Positions 1-20,518 of a stretch of 64,000 nt of DNA are shown here, one piece after another. The position numbers and the translations under genes were made by a program. This DNA comes from Takakia lepidozioides. Its lineage: Eukaryota > Plantae > Bryophyta. Each line of letters opens with the position of its first letter. Positions within the stretch are counted from its first letter, which is position 1. A model generated the notes under the pieces. It was given only the letters and a program-made list of their open reading frames with translations. It searched no databases and had not been told where the DNA came from. Where the stretch lies: assembly GCA_030704615.1 (NCBI GenBank), contig CM060732.1:15686001-15750000 (forward strand), written 5' to 3'.

Positions 1-261
1 CGTAGCTAACCTGAACAACACTTTCATTGTTATGGGAAACCCCAGCCTCTCTGTGATCTCTTTGGCACAGAGCCCATTCATAGCATGAAAGCCTCACCCT
101 TGTACATGATCAGGTCAAGCTCTGCGACTTTACCTTTAATCACTGATCAAATGCTGAAGGCCTGCAATAATGCTCCGAGTGTGACTGGTCCAACATTACC
201 CTCGGCAAGGTCGAGGTGTCCTTGCAGTCTCTTACACCAAGCTTCATCCATGTACTGGCCC

Positions 262-2982
262 TCATGAACCACTCATTTCACGCTTGAGACCTGTGATCCG
301 TACCATATCCACATTGGTTGATTCCACAGAGACTGACTGAAGCACTGGCTCTGGAGGCAAAGTGGATTTTCTAGAAAGCTTCAAGTTGCCTCGTAAATCA
401 CGACCAATGCAGACAACAGGTAGCTGCTGCCCAAGTGAGAGAACATCTGCCACTCGTTCAATGCGTTCATGTGAAATTTCAGAGATGTGAAGCAAGCCTT
501 GGTAACCCCCATCAAGCTCTAGAAAGGCCCCAAAGTCTTTGATGGCAACCACTCTGGCCACATATGTGCCACCCACCTCGACGTCCTTTCCAACAGAGGC
601 TTCTACCATTGCTTTTGCTTGGTCAAAGGTGGCCTGATCCTTGGCAAATATAGTCACCACTCCATCATCGGACACACTCACTCGAGCGTCAGTTACCCTC
701 TGTTACCATACAAAACCAGTTAGGCAACCAAGGTAACAAAGGGAGACTACATCCTAACAGGAGCCCCCAATAAGGCATACCTAATGCCAAGGTGAACAGC
801 TAGATATTGGCATGTGACTTTTAACCAAATCTCTCTCTCGTATACTTTATGAAAAGGAAAGCAATGCCTGCACCTTTGCCACGACCCTCACCTCTAGAGC
901 ATCAGTTCAGAACAACCTATTTCAAGCTTTTGAATGAATCATTGTTAAGATTTGGGTCTGTACCTGAATATTCTTCACATTAGAACCTTGAGGCCCAATG
1001 AATCGTCCAATACTGTCCTGCTGAATGGTTATGGTGCCGCTGCGTGGCATATTCTCCCTTTGAGCATCTCGGGGCTTGCTAATTGTTTGCTCCATAAAAT
1101 TTATGATCTGAGTGCGGCCAACTAAAGCAGGTTCTAAAGCCTCACAAAGAATATGCAATGGAACTCCAGGAGGCTTAATATCCAGCTGAATTGCTGTTAT
1201 GCCTTTTCGGGTACCAGCAATCTTGAAATCCATGTCTCCAAGGTGATCTTCCAGCCCTAATATATCAGTAAGAATTCTGTGTTCAGTCACATCTCCTGTT
1301 GAAGAATCAGCAACACTTACCAGCCCAACTGAAACGCCTGCCACATGCTCCCGTAATGGTACGCCCGCATCCATCAAAGCTAGACTTCCCCCACACACAG
1401 TAGCCATGGATGAAGACCCATCAGATGCCAAACACTCTGAAGTCACTCGTACACTGTATGGAAAGTCCTCCTCTGGGGGTAGCAAGGCAACCAGAGCTTT
1501 CTCTGCTAAAGTCCCGTGACCGACTTCTCGTCTATTCAAACCCCCCAAGCGGCCAACCTCGTTGATTGAGAAGGGCGGAAAACTATAGTGCACCATAAAG
1601 CGCTTCCTTGAGAGCCCGACGAGAGAGTCCAACCGCTGCGCATCGTCAGGAGCCCCCATTGTAACGGTGCACAATACTTGGGTGTTCCCACGGGAAAACA
1701 GTGAGGAACCATGGAGGGGTGGGTACGGAGCTGCCTCACAATAGAGCTCCCTCACTTGGTCCAGTGCTCGGCCATCCACCCTCACTCCCTTATGAAAGAT
1801 ATTTTCTCGGAGAACCTGCTTCTTCACTGCGTCAAATGCATGCGACAACACTTTCACAGAGGTTTCATCGCCCTCCGCTTTCAAGATGTCTTTGACATCC
1901 TCTTCTATTTTGCTCAGTGTCTTTCCACGAGCAAACTTCCCATATGCTGGGTCCCCCATGACGGATTGGATAGCAGCCTCTGCTAAGCTCCTCACTTTCT
2001 CTAGCACCAGAAAATCTACAGTCAGAACCTCAAGTGGTCGTTTCTGGTTTTGCACTTGGGCTGCCAAACGCAACTGTGGTGGAATCAACTTCACTGCCTC
2101 TGCATGCGCCAGACGAAGTGCGGCCACGTAATCTTCATTTGTGATCTCGCGAGCCTGTGTCTCTATCATCACCGTCTTGTCAGCAGTGCAAGCATAGATC
2201 AAATTCAAATCACTCTCGCTCAAGTCATCCATGTTTGGGTTCACAACAAACTGGCCCTTGACACGGCCTATTCGTACAGCGCCAATGGGTCCCTTCCAAG
2301 GAAGGTCTGAAATGGTTAAGGCTGCAGAGGCTGCAATCACAGAGAGCACATCAGGATCCTGGTCGCCATCTGAGCAGATCACATTAGCCATTATTTGTGT
2401 CTCGTAAAAAAATCCTTTGGGAAAGAGGGGGCGAATGGATCGATCAATCACCCGGCTACAAAGAAGCTCGCGCTCTTTCGGAGCCCCTTCCCGGCGCATA
2501 AAGGTGTTGGGTATCTTGCCCTGTGCATATTGCTTTTCTCTGTAGTCCACTTGCAGAGGTAAAAAGTCGCGACCCTCATCCAATTTGTGGTCAGCCACCG
2601 CAGTAACTAGCACCTTGGTCTCCCCCATCCCCACAACCACAGCACCCGCCGCAAATTGGGCTAGCTTTCCTGTTTCGAAAGTCACTTTAAGCGATCCCAT
2701 CTCCAACTCTTCTAGAAATACTTCGCCCTTCAAAGGAAATTGTCGCCACGCTACCGGGGGTTCTGAGGCATGAACTTGTTGCAAATTCTGGGGAAAGCTG
2801 GATATACATCTGTCGGGTACCTGGAACCGTCTTTGCAAAAAAGGAAGTTGGTGTTGGGTTTGGAAAATCGGTAGTGAGAGTGCCTGCAGCTGGGCACATG
2901 AGCATACCCCAGATCGTGGAGAGCCCATTGCAGCTTCGACTGTCCTGAAAAACGCTTCCACCCATCTCCTCCTGTGGGCCAT
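262..2982 (-). CDS. PNP2: Polyribonucleotide nucleotidyltransferase (PNPase), mitochondrial type; exons 2982-964 and 699-262
   Basis: Two RNase PH domains (DFLPLQVDYREK...RREGAP; RREVGHG; SDGSSSMATVCGGSLALMDAGVP; EDHLGDMDFKIAGT), KH loop (IGPQGSNVK) and S1 (DFGAFLEL...GLLHISEISHERI). A GT..AG intron at 963-700 joins NIQ|RVTDARVSV in frame. First in-frame ATG at 2982 gives an Arg-rich presequence-like N-terminus. Confidence 0.95.
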
Positions 2983-4220
2983 TTTCTTCCTCTCCCAACC
3001 TATGACCAGTACCCCACCGCCTTGCTTGTTTTCTCTTACCTGGAAGCTGCTGGCCTTACAACTTGCGCCTTCTTGTGGGTTTTGCAAACCTCATTTCTTA
3101 CAAGAAGACTTAGAAATGAGGCAGTAAATGCCATAGTTTCGAGACTCCTAGGGTTCAGAAGCAAGATTCAGGGGCGGTAGTCTCAGGGTTTTAAGACTTC
3201 TCGCCAGGGTTTTAGCATACCAGACTAACCAAGGAAGGGGGAATGCGATTAAACCTAAACCCCTAAACTTCCCACGAATTTTTTGGCATGGCAGCACTTT
3301 TCGAGAAGTTGCCCGGACTGCCCTTGTCCTGACCGGAGCCCTAAACACATCAAGGAGAAATCGCCCCAAACCCTGTTCGAGATCTTTTTCAAAAACATTC
3401 AAAAATGTCCAAGACTCTGAAATCTAATTCCGGGCGTCCAAAATCGTGGACTAGACATTTTTCTGCGTGTCTCTCTCGCTTCTCATTCAACAATAATAGG
3501 GTCATGAATGCCCGCGTGTGGCTGCGGCTGGGCCGTGTGTGGCAGAGGGTGGGAGCGCCCTTACCCCTGACCCGGCCAGTCTGCTGCTGGGTCTGCCCGG
3601 CAAGCTGGTCTGTTGGGCCCACAATATGCACATAAAGCATTAGTTATTAGAGGAGTTTGCAGAAAATGGCCTATGGTGGTTAAGAGCAATGAATAATAAA
3701 TAAGAGGTTTGGTGTTTAAGTCCTGTCAGGTTGTATTGCGGCAGTAATGTGTATTATTAAATATATATTTTGTCCAAGGGTCTGCTGGAGGGTGTGCCCA
3801 GTATGCTTGGAGGGTCCGTCGGTCTGCTGGAGGAGGGTCTGCCAAGTCTGTTCTTCCGTATGTTGGAAGGGTGCCGGTCCGCTCGCCGGTCTGCTAGAGG
3901 GTTTGTTTGCATGTCCGCTAGAAGGTTGGAGTCGGTCTGTTAGAGGGTTTGCCCAGTCCGCTAGAAGGTCCTCCGCGGTAGATGAACAAGGACTTAGAAA
4001 TTTTTTAGAATCTGGCCGACCAAGTGAATGGGCGGTGGGCTTATGAGCTCACCCCAAGGGGCGTACTAGGGGCATAGGTGCATTCATGACCCTATTATTA
4101 AAAAATGAGAGGCGTCTCTCTCTACCTGCCTAGCCATCCTTTGAGGCAATTTGAACTTTTAGTTTGTCCGTTGGTTTGGCAGAAGACATTCCGGAGGATC
4201 GGCGCATGTGTGCTGTCACA
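2983..4220. promoter_or_regulatory. Putative bidirectional promoter between the PNPase and RlmN-like genes
   Basis: About 1.24 kb between divergent ATGs; telo-box-like AGGGTTTT/AAACC(C)TAA motifs (~3185-3270), site-II-like TGGGCC/TGGGCT (~3615, ~4037) and degenerate GGTCTGCTGGAGGG repeats (~3770-3960). Confidence 0.5.
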
Positions 4221-11722
<7,502 letters not shown>

Positions 11723-12139
11723 GTGTCTTGGTCTTGAAACAGTTTGTCTTTATATTTTCTGCTGGGGGATACAAATATGATAATATATGAGTATGTTGTT
11801 GCCTAATGGGGAAGGATTAGGAAAGGCTCCTTGCCACTTTCAGATTCTCTCGTGTCAACTGTAATGGGTGTTGGATTATTACACCATGAGCCTCTGTGAA
11901 CAAATGACTATTTCAACATCTCATTGGATTGCATCCTTCACTCCCACAGCCTATGTCAGCTAGTTTATATGAATCCATTTGTCTGTCCATTTAGTCTTCT
12001 TCATCCTCATCTTATTCAACTTTCTTGGTCCATATCAATCCCATCTTTCTCATATAGAAGTGTTTTTATACAGAAGTGCTTCTCTCTCAAAATACTTTTA
12101 GTACAGAATGCTACAGCATTTCTGAAGTAGGATTATAAG

Positions 12140-12800
12140 ATACTGTTATTTCCTTGGTTTGAATTTGTTCACAAATATAGTGATATTGTATATTGATATT
12201 CTTGCTCTTGAATGAAACTTGGGCTTTTCTGATAGTGCAACAGCACTCGGATTGTATGTCAAATCTTGGTGTCTGGGCAGCCTAAAAACAGAATCCACGA
12301 TGTCCTGGGTATTCTCATCAGAGAGCAACCCTCTTCACAACCATCAAGAACACAGTCCCTGTATCTCTGTTCACCAACTTTCAAAATCTGGAGGCTGAGC
12401 CTAAAGCCCTGGCCCTGTTGGGGTCTAATGGCTGGGCAGCTTGCACACAGCAGCTTGATGCTTGTGTGACGGGCTTGCTAAAGGAAATCTGGAAAGCCTG
12501 AACTAATTGTTTATAAAGGTAGTGTTTGTTCCCTCTTGTTCCCACCAAGCTGAGTGCAGGGTTCATGGCCACAAGGCTATGGCAAACATCTCATCAGTAC
12601 ATTCATTCTCATTTTGTACATAAGTAATTGTAGGCTTACCTTCAGTGAGCCAAGATCAGTTAGTAAACTCCCCAACCAAACTGCCTCAGAAGCTGCCTTC
12701 AATGATGTCACATACTCAGACTCAGTACTTGACAAAGCTTTCTTGTTAGATCAACTGATTGTACCACTCGCTAGTCTGAAACAATATCCAGGGGTCAATT
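12140..12800 (-). mobile_element. Ty1/copia RNase H remnants
   Basis: Minus strand GYCFRLASGTIS*SNKKALSSTESEYVTSLKAASEAVWL and NPSAVALSEKPKFHSR match copia RNase H motifs (ALSSTEAEY...EAVWL; NPxFHxRTKH). Confidence 0.75.
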
Positions 12801-12900
12801 GACAAGTGTCGATATCTCCTTTTCAGGTAGCGCTTGAAAACCGTAACAGCACTCCATCCTCTGACTTGATATGTTTTCAATATGGATAGTTACTTTTAAG

Positions 12901-15385
12901 TTTTTTTTTTTTTTTTTTTCCTTCCGATAAACAGGGGTAACGGCCCTGACCACTTTATTTGGAATTATTTGAAGGGAAAAAATTAAACCCTTTACATGCC
13001 CAAAGGCTGCCATGAGGCCTAACACACGACAAGTCATGAAGGGGAATCCTGGGAACAGTGAACCTGAGACAGTCGACCTCCTCTATCCAAGTAGAATTAA
13101 GGAGCGATAAGCATTGATAAGCTTTGAGCAATGGAGGGGGATGCCCTCGAATAAACCTAGATTAGGGGGAGCCAGGTATTGATGCAGGGCACAGTGGCCA
13201 ACTAGAAACCAGTGAGAAGCTCATCTATCTACCGGTGAAAATGAAGCTTCGACTTAACAGTCTGCTTGATATGTTTCCAGTTTCGATCTGATCTTTCAAA
13301 GTCAGGGGAGGCTGAAGAGGGGGGCTCTTCGCTGCTGCCAGACATGGGGAATAGTGCTTGCCCATAAACAGGTGTCGATGTCGATGTAGGAGCAGATGAG
13401 CCCCCAATTTCCCCAAGTGCGCCTGAAGGAGGTGAGGAGTGCAGGACCACGTTCTGGGCGCTTATTGTACTCTGCACCCAATTTTGCCCAGGCAAGTTTA
13501 GCAGCAATGGTGAGGTCATTGAAGACAAGAGTGAGGATCTTTGACAGAGATGAGTTTTGATTGTCCAATACCCAACTGCATCTGGCTTTCCGAATATGCC
13601 ATAGGGTGGCCAAGCGGAGGACCTCAAAAACTGGACATCCAATCGCCCTAGTCTTCCCTGTTTTCTTGCAGTTCAGAAGGAGAACTATTGGGTCTGGGGC
13701 AATACACTCCCATGCAGAGTAGAAGTGTAGGGCCAGTGGTCAAGGGGCCCACACATTGTAAGAGGCAATGTTCCATAGTTTCCACAGTGGGTGTAGTGCA
13801 GCATCCACATAAGGTATTCCCTTGCCAGTCCAAGAATAGCCTGACCTTTAGGACCCTGTTCGCAATCTGCCATAAGAAAGCGCTAATTTTGGATGGTTTA
13901 GCTTTCTCCTAGATTAGGCCCCAGATGCACTTCCAGTTTTCGTCCCTGAAAAGATAATGGTCCCACTTGTCATTCCATTTCTTGAGCAAGGGTTTGGGTT
14001 GAAGTAGAGCCCTCTAAGCTTTCTTGGCAAAATAAGTAAAGAAAGACTGTAGAGAGCCTTCAAATTCCCATTGCCACTCGGCTGGGTCTTGCTGGAGCTG
14101 CCCGAGAGGCGGGCCGCCAATCCAAGCAAAAGAGTTACATCTCAGCCATGGGAGAATGGTCTCCCCTGCCGGGAGGGAAGGGTTGAAGTCTCTGAATTTA
14201 GAGGACCAATGGCATATCCGTGCAGGAGCAACCTGTCTGGCCTGGATGATAACAGTCTCTGAGGAGAGCAGGGAAAGGAAGCCTGAGAACAAATCTGCCC
14301 CAAACGCATACCCTGTAATTGCTGGCAAGTGCACCTCCGTAATATAGAGGATATTAGAGGCCAGGGAGGGAGTAGTCAACCACTGGTGTGGTGAAGGAGA
14401 CCCTTCCCCAAGCCTGAGGATGTCACGCCAATGGTTGGGAACGGATTGCAGGATGGGGTGTATGCCAGAGCGAGCCCTATTGGCACCCAAAACTGTAGTA
14501 AGAGACTCCGGGGTGCTAGTTCAGAGGTGGGAGATCTGGGAGATGCCTCTAGTCTCCCAAGAGGCCCATCTTCTGGCCTGGCACTTCTCTTGAGGGGTGG
14601 GCATGGCTGAGTTAAGGAAGAGGTGTTGCCTCTGAACCTCATGAAAAGACGAAGGTTCTTGCTTCCTGAGAAAGGGTCTGAATTTACCCCAGGCAGACCA
14701 TGTTCGAACCAGTCTTTGTATATAAATTCACAAAATATGCTTCATTGTTCAATCACAATGTTGCTAAACACTTACCTGGAAAAAACTAGATTCAACAGAT
14801 ACTGCTAGAAGTAAGGGCTTTATTGACAAACAAAGCAGTAGAACTTCCTAAACCTCATGTCTCAGTAGCTTCAAACTCCAAAGTGTGGTGCTTCCTACCA
14901 CATCCCCCAACACAGTACATATGTTTCTTAACATCATTGAGATATGGTAAAGGAGCGTTGGTGATGTATGCCTCTTTGATGTATATAGCCGCATACTCAG
15001 CTGGCACATCAGGGTAGCCCTCTTCCAGAGCAAAGAGCCCAGGGATTTGTGATTAAATCCCTGAGTGATCCAACGGATAGAGGGGGCCCAATTCGCTGCT
15101 TGAAGAGGGGAGCACAAGGCAATAGTTCCTATTACAAGCAATTTCCACCAGCCTCCTTCGGGCCCCAGCAGTCTTGGCAGCCACTTGCCTTGGAGGGCCC
15201 GAATCTGCGTTTTTGGATCTAGCAGTCCTAGCCCGCCAGATTTTTTAGGGAGGCATATCTGATACCACGAAACTTGTGGGCGTTTGTTTTGAAGGCCTGA
15301 ATGGGCTCCCCAGATAAAGTTTCTGATACATCTCTTCATCTCCTTCATGAACTTCGAGCCCGGACTCCAAGTGGAGGATCTAAGG
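12901..15385 (-). mobile_element. 5'-truncated L1-clade LINE (ORF2 C-terminus, zf-RVT, poly(A) tail)
   Basis: RNFIWG...VSWYQICLPKKSGGLGLLD...KW motif, CGCC...ETMEHCLLQC zinc finger, T-run at 12901-12919 is poly(A) on the minus strand; frameshifted, with a ~290-bp foreign insert near 14720-15010. Confidence 0.88.
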
Positions 15386-15425
15386 GTGTAATTATAGTGT
15401 CCCTGATTAGAATTGATAATGTCCT

Positions 15426-16028
15426 TGAATGGCATTGACGACATTCATATCCGGAGTTGTTGAGAGGTCCTCAGAGTTATGTAAATTTTTGTAATGTCCA
15501 TAGAGGTTACAGTGAGGGTTCCTCACTTCATATTGCTGAATGTCAATGCAGACATTCAGTTGTTCTGCATTGTTTTTGCCTCTTGCGAGGAATCTGGAGG
15601 CTTGATAAGCTCTGTTATGAGAAATCCAAAGTGAATGTCGTTGACGACATTCACTTCTGTGTCTGTATTATTCAACAACGACAATTTGAATTTACATGGA
15701 TTGGGAGCTAAGTAATTGGTTCCTTGTTGGTATTTTTGTGAATGGCGTTGACGCCATTCACATACGGTGTTGTTGTGAGGTCCTCAGTGATATGTTCGTT
15801 ATGAATGTGCATTGAGTTTTCCTGGAGGGTTCCTTACTCGAGTTTATGATTTCCATCCTGTGATTTTGCTTCATTTGAGGAATAATTAGGCTTGATTAGT
15901 GAATGTCGTTGACGACATTCACTTTTATGTCTGTGTCATTCCAAAACGATAGTTTGCATTCACCTGGATTAGGGTGTATTTACAATATCATTGAATGGAA
16001 TTTTTTGAATGGCGTTGACGACATTCAC
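15426..16028. repeat. Cluster of ~6 palindromes TGAATG(T/G)CGT-TG-ACG(A/C)CATTCA
   Basis: Copies at ~15426, 15537 (variant), 15631, 15737, 15898 and 16006. Confidence 0.85.
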
Positions 16029-16168
16029 ATCTGGAGCATTCGTGTGGTCCTGAAAGGTCCTTGGAGCAGTTCTCAGAGCCATTTCAATCTATGTTTTATT
16101 CATTCTGTTATACTTGCATCTTACTCACTGAGCGCTTTTGTGGGTTGGGATTTATCTCCTTTTTTCAG

Positions 16169-18200
16169 GTACACGAAATATGTGCTTATGGAAGGAAATC
16201 ACCTGAGCGGAATTCCAGACTATCTTGACATGTGGTCGGACCTTGCAAACAATCCAACCATGTATACTGCAGGGATATTGAAGGACTGGAGTCCTTCTCA
16301 CTTCAGAGACTGTGGGTGGTACCTTGACTGCCCACCGGAGCACACGACCTTTCAAGAACAACATATGAAATACTTGAACAATAACGTTGAGATGCTGGCG
16401 CCTTTGACTGACGAAGAGTACCAACGAAACATGGCAACATTGGCTGCCAAGGAGCCTGATGCTCAGGGAACACCGCAGAAGGGAAAGAAGGTGGGCCGCA
16501 AACCAAAAGACAAAGCTGTTGATGTCATAGCCATCTCACCAGCAAAGCCAAAGGACAAAGACAAGTCCAAAGAGAAGGAAAAGGACAAGGGGAAGGAGAA
16601 AGAAAAGGAGATGGAGAGTGGGCAGGACTTTACTGCTGGAAGATATACCCGCACTGTTCAGTGCGTGTTCGATGCCAAGCCACACCCTTCCCGTTCTGAT
16701 TCGGCAGGAGAGATGAAAATTGTTAATGAGGGTTGGCTGTCGATGATGCAGAGTCGAAAGAGAGGATACACTGGGGTGCCATCGCCTACCTGGGACAATA
16801 TAATCTCATTCCTCAATTTGGTGAGAATTCCAGTTTCTTTCTTTTTTCTCTGAAAGTTTCGTTGGTAGTATTTCAGTCTCGTTCTTTGAAAACATTCTTG
16901 TTTTCGTTCTTATAAAAAAACATGTCTGTTGCAGGTGAGCACAAGTCTCACCTTCGTGTGCGGTGTGTAGAAAACTTATGCGGCCGACATTGTCATTCTC
17001 GACATTCCGGATGGCCAGGCTGTGCCAGAAGTTCTTCCAAAGGGCAAGACGTCAGGCTGGAACAAATTCGAGGACAACTACTGGAGTTGGGTGTTCGGGT
17101 TCTGTAATAACTTCCTCTCTGATGCAATGACACTTCTGTTTTTTCAGTCATGTGACAATGATAGTCGTCGGGCATTGGCATCATACCTCAAGTCTTCAAG
17201 GTTTGAAGTTTTGCGCACATGGAATTGTGTGAACAGCCTCTACCTTGTGAAAGGGGGTTTCCCTGGTCAGCTGGTATGCCGTCTCCCTTCTGCTTGTGCT
17301 TTCATGATGAGTTTCAATGTTCTCTGCAGCTCCACTCTAGTAGAATTTGTTATGATCGACAACGATCATCACCGATTCGTGATAAAAATGATTTTTTTGT
17401 GTCTGAGTTCTGAATAGCCGATGTACACACTTCCACTATAGATTGTGTTTACCACACTAACCTGCTATCTTTGGCAGACGAGGATGTTCGAGGCGATCTG
17501 CCTGCGGAGGATTCGCACCTCAAAGACACCATCCTCCATCCGCAGCTTTGAGATTTCTGACCAGGGTTGTTTCGTCAACCCCTCTATGAGCCCCATGTCG
17601 ATGACATTTTGTACAACTTCATGCAGTCCAGTCAGACTCTGAAGAGACCAGATGGCACTCCCTGGAGAGGTGCAAAGGAAAAGTCCCCAGCGTTCATGCA
17701 AATACTGCTGGAGTCATGCAGCCACCGCTCTACACGGGTGGTCGATCTTTCTGTGTCCACAGGTTCGTTCTTTCCCTTCCGAATTGGTTTTCTTTCAACA
17801 GTTTCATCTGCTTAAATCCCCCCCACCAAACTGTTCGTGTCCTCCTGTGTGGTGCAGGAGCAACTTACCATGCATGCAAGGCAGGCGGAAGAAGCCTTTT
17901 TGGCATGGAGGGTGATTCTGACCTCTACAACACAGTGCTCCTCCCCCTTTTGTCTGGCTCCACTTCAGGCACACAGACTGATCGGATTCAAATTCGAAAT
18001 GATGACGATCCCGAAGATAAGTAGGTCGACAACGACTTTTCATGTGAGTAAGTGCTAAACCCTCTTTGGGAGCCATACTCAATTTCTCAATAACATCAAA
18101 GTTACAGTAATAACTTTTTCAGGCTGTCTTTCAGGAAAGGCAGCGGTGGATCTTCAGGAGATACAGTCATTTCTGGCGAGTCTGTTTTCGACAGCCCCCT
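16169..18200 (+). pseudogene. TE-borne beta-class N4C/N6A DNA methyltransferase-like gene, paralog 1 (spliced, disrupted)
   Basis: Exons ~16169-16820, 16935-17273, 17479-17762, 17858-~18045. Motifs DIVILDIPDG, FLSDAMTLLFF, MFEAICLRR, EKSPAFMQILLESCS, RVVDLSVSTG|ATYHAC, RSLFGMEGD. In-frame TAG at 16968 and a frameshift near 17570. Lys-rich N-terminal tract. Confidence 0.75.
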
Positions 18201-19049
18201 TTCCAATTTTCTGCTTCCTGTTTATGCCGAAGCAATGGCACTTCACGCGGCCGAGTCCCTATCCCCTGACTTTTTAGTGGCCAGCCGTAGGTGTATCCAG
18301 CGTGGATCCGGTGTTCTAAAATACATAGACTTAGATGCAGAGGAAGCGGGGATACATTGTACTGACTCTGAGTCAGACTGAACTGTATTCTTTTAATATT
18401 CATTTTCATACTATCTGGAAAACGTTGTATCCCCTTCCTCCACCGTAGTTGTTCCTTTAGAACAAATAATAATCACAGAATCAACTTTCATTTAAATTGC
18501 AATATGTATGAATCCATCTCACAAACCTCCCTGACTCTTCTCATATCCATTGTGCATTCATCTACAGTGTATTCATGCGTGCTCCATTCATGAATTTTTT
18601 CCTTTGTTCAACATCCATTGTACATTCATCCTCTGTACTCTTTAATCCACCCCACAAACCTTCCACACTCATTTCATATACGTTGTGCATTCCTCAAAAG
18701 TTTTGGTCATGCATCTTCCTGTCATGAATTTTTGTCATTGCTCAACATCCATTATACATTCATCCATTTTACTCTTATCCATCCCTCATTCATCCATCTA
18801 CATTCATTTTTCACACTCATCCATCTGTTTATCATCCAACTGTACATTCATCCATCCTTTATTCAATGCCTTTTATTATGTCGTCCAGCTTGTTTCCGCG
18901 GTAAAGGGTGCCAATCCGCGGGAATACACTCCACTTCTTTCTGGCGCGTGGTGACGCGGCCTTCACGTGTGATGACGTGGAGTGAGCCCCGTGACGTGGC
19001 ATTTGCGCAAGGTGACGTGGCGTGAGCGGAGTTGCGCTCACGCGCTCAC

Positions 19050-20330
19050 GTGACCAGGCTCACGCCGAGGCATCCCTGCGTTGGGGGGGAGCGGCCTCCA
19101 CGTGGATGCCAGAATCCATCCCCCGGATGGAAAAATGGCGCCGAATTTCCATCCGAGGCGGCTCGGATGAAGTCGTTTCGGGGGGAGAGGCCTCCGCGTG
19201 GCTGCCAGAGTTCATCCCCCGGATGGAAAAATGGCGCCGAATTTCCATCCGAGGGGGCTCGGATGAAGTCGTCTCGGGGCCCAAGAGGCCTCTACGTGGC
19301 TGCCAGAGTTCATCCCCCGGATGGAAAAACGGCGCCGAATTTCCATCCGAGGGGGCTCGGATGAAGTCTTCTTGGGGGGAGTTCCACGTGGCTGCCAGAG
19401 TTCATCCCCCCCATGGGAAAACGGTGCCGAATTTCCATCCGAGGGGGCTCGGATGAAGTCGTCTCGGGGGGAGAGGCCTCGACGTGGATGCCAGATTCCA
19501 TCCCCAGGATGGAAAAATGGCGCCGAATTTCCATCCGAGGGGACTCGGATGGAGCCGTCCTGAACCATTTTCAGTCGTTACTTCGCTTTTTCTGCGTATT
19601 TTTGGGTAATTTGGCCTTGAACATACATTTTTCTCCCTCCGGGCCCCTTTTCGTGGACGTTATCGCTATAAATTTTATCCGTTGGATGGAAATTTGGCGC
19701 CGTTTTTCCATCCAGGGGCTTCTGGATGATGACGTCTCGGGCGGAGGGAGGGCCACGTGGCGCTCCGACTTCATCCACTGGATGGAAATTCGGCGCCGTT
19801 TTTCCATCCAGGGGCTTGTGGATGAGGACGTCTCGGGGGGAGGGAGGAGCAGGTGGCGCTCGGACTTCATCCGCTGGATGGAAATTCGGCGCCGGTTTTC
19901 CATGCTGGGGCTTGTGGATGAGGACGTCTCGGGGGGAGGGAGGGCCAGGTGGCGCTCCGACTTCATCCGTTGGATGAAAATTTGGCGCCGTTTTTCCATC
20001 CAGGGGCTTGTGAATGATGCCATCTCAGGCAGAGGGAGGGCCACGTGGCGCTCCGACTCCATCCGAAATTCGGCGCCGTTTTTCCATCCAGTGGCTTGTG
20101 GATGAGAGCGTCTGGGGGGGAGGGAGAAGCAGGTGGCGCTCTGACTTCATCCGCTGGATGGAAATTTGGCGCCGTTTTTCCATCGAGGGGCGTGTACTGG
20201 ATGATGACGTCTCGGGCGGAGGGAGGGCCACGTGGCGCTCCCACTTCATCCGGTGGATGAAAATTCGGCGCCGTTTTTTCCATCCAGCAGGCTGTCGATG
20301 AAGTCTCGGGGGGAGGGAAGGCCAGTTGGC
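19050..20330. repeat. Two adjacent ~97-bp tandem arrays built on the GGATGGAAA(A/T)T(C/T)GGCGCCG motif (MULE internal repeats)
   Basis: About 5 units at 19080-19560 and about 6-7 units at 19680-20330; same core as 38790-40830 and ~63430. Confidence 0.9.
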
Positions 20331-20518
20331 ACTAGGGGGCGAGCTCCATACCTATGACATTGAAGGGCGCCGGCCCGCATTCATTGTCCACCGCCGTCGG
20401 TTTTGAACTGGACGTTCCACACGGATTCCGCGTTTGCTTCCCGGATTCGCCTGGAACCCCTAATGTGACGGGTGGATGAAGTTCCATTTGAGGTGTGCCA
20501 CCATGCATTCTGCGGGAG

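Noticed and set aside
2983-3087. 35-aa N-terminal extension of PNPase in the ORF track
   Set aside because: Begins at a TTG; the first in-frame ATG at 2982 is the more plausible eukaryotic start.
19022-20301. Many overlapping ORFs with repeated MEIRRR/GWKFGA peptides (also 38.9-40.9 kb)
   Set aside because: Translation artefacts of GC-rich palindromic tandem repeats, open on both strands.
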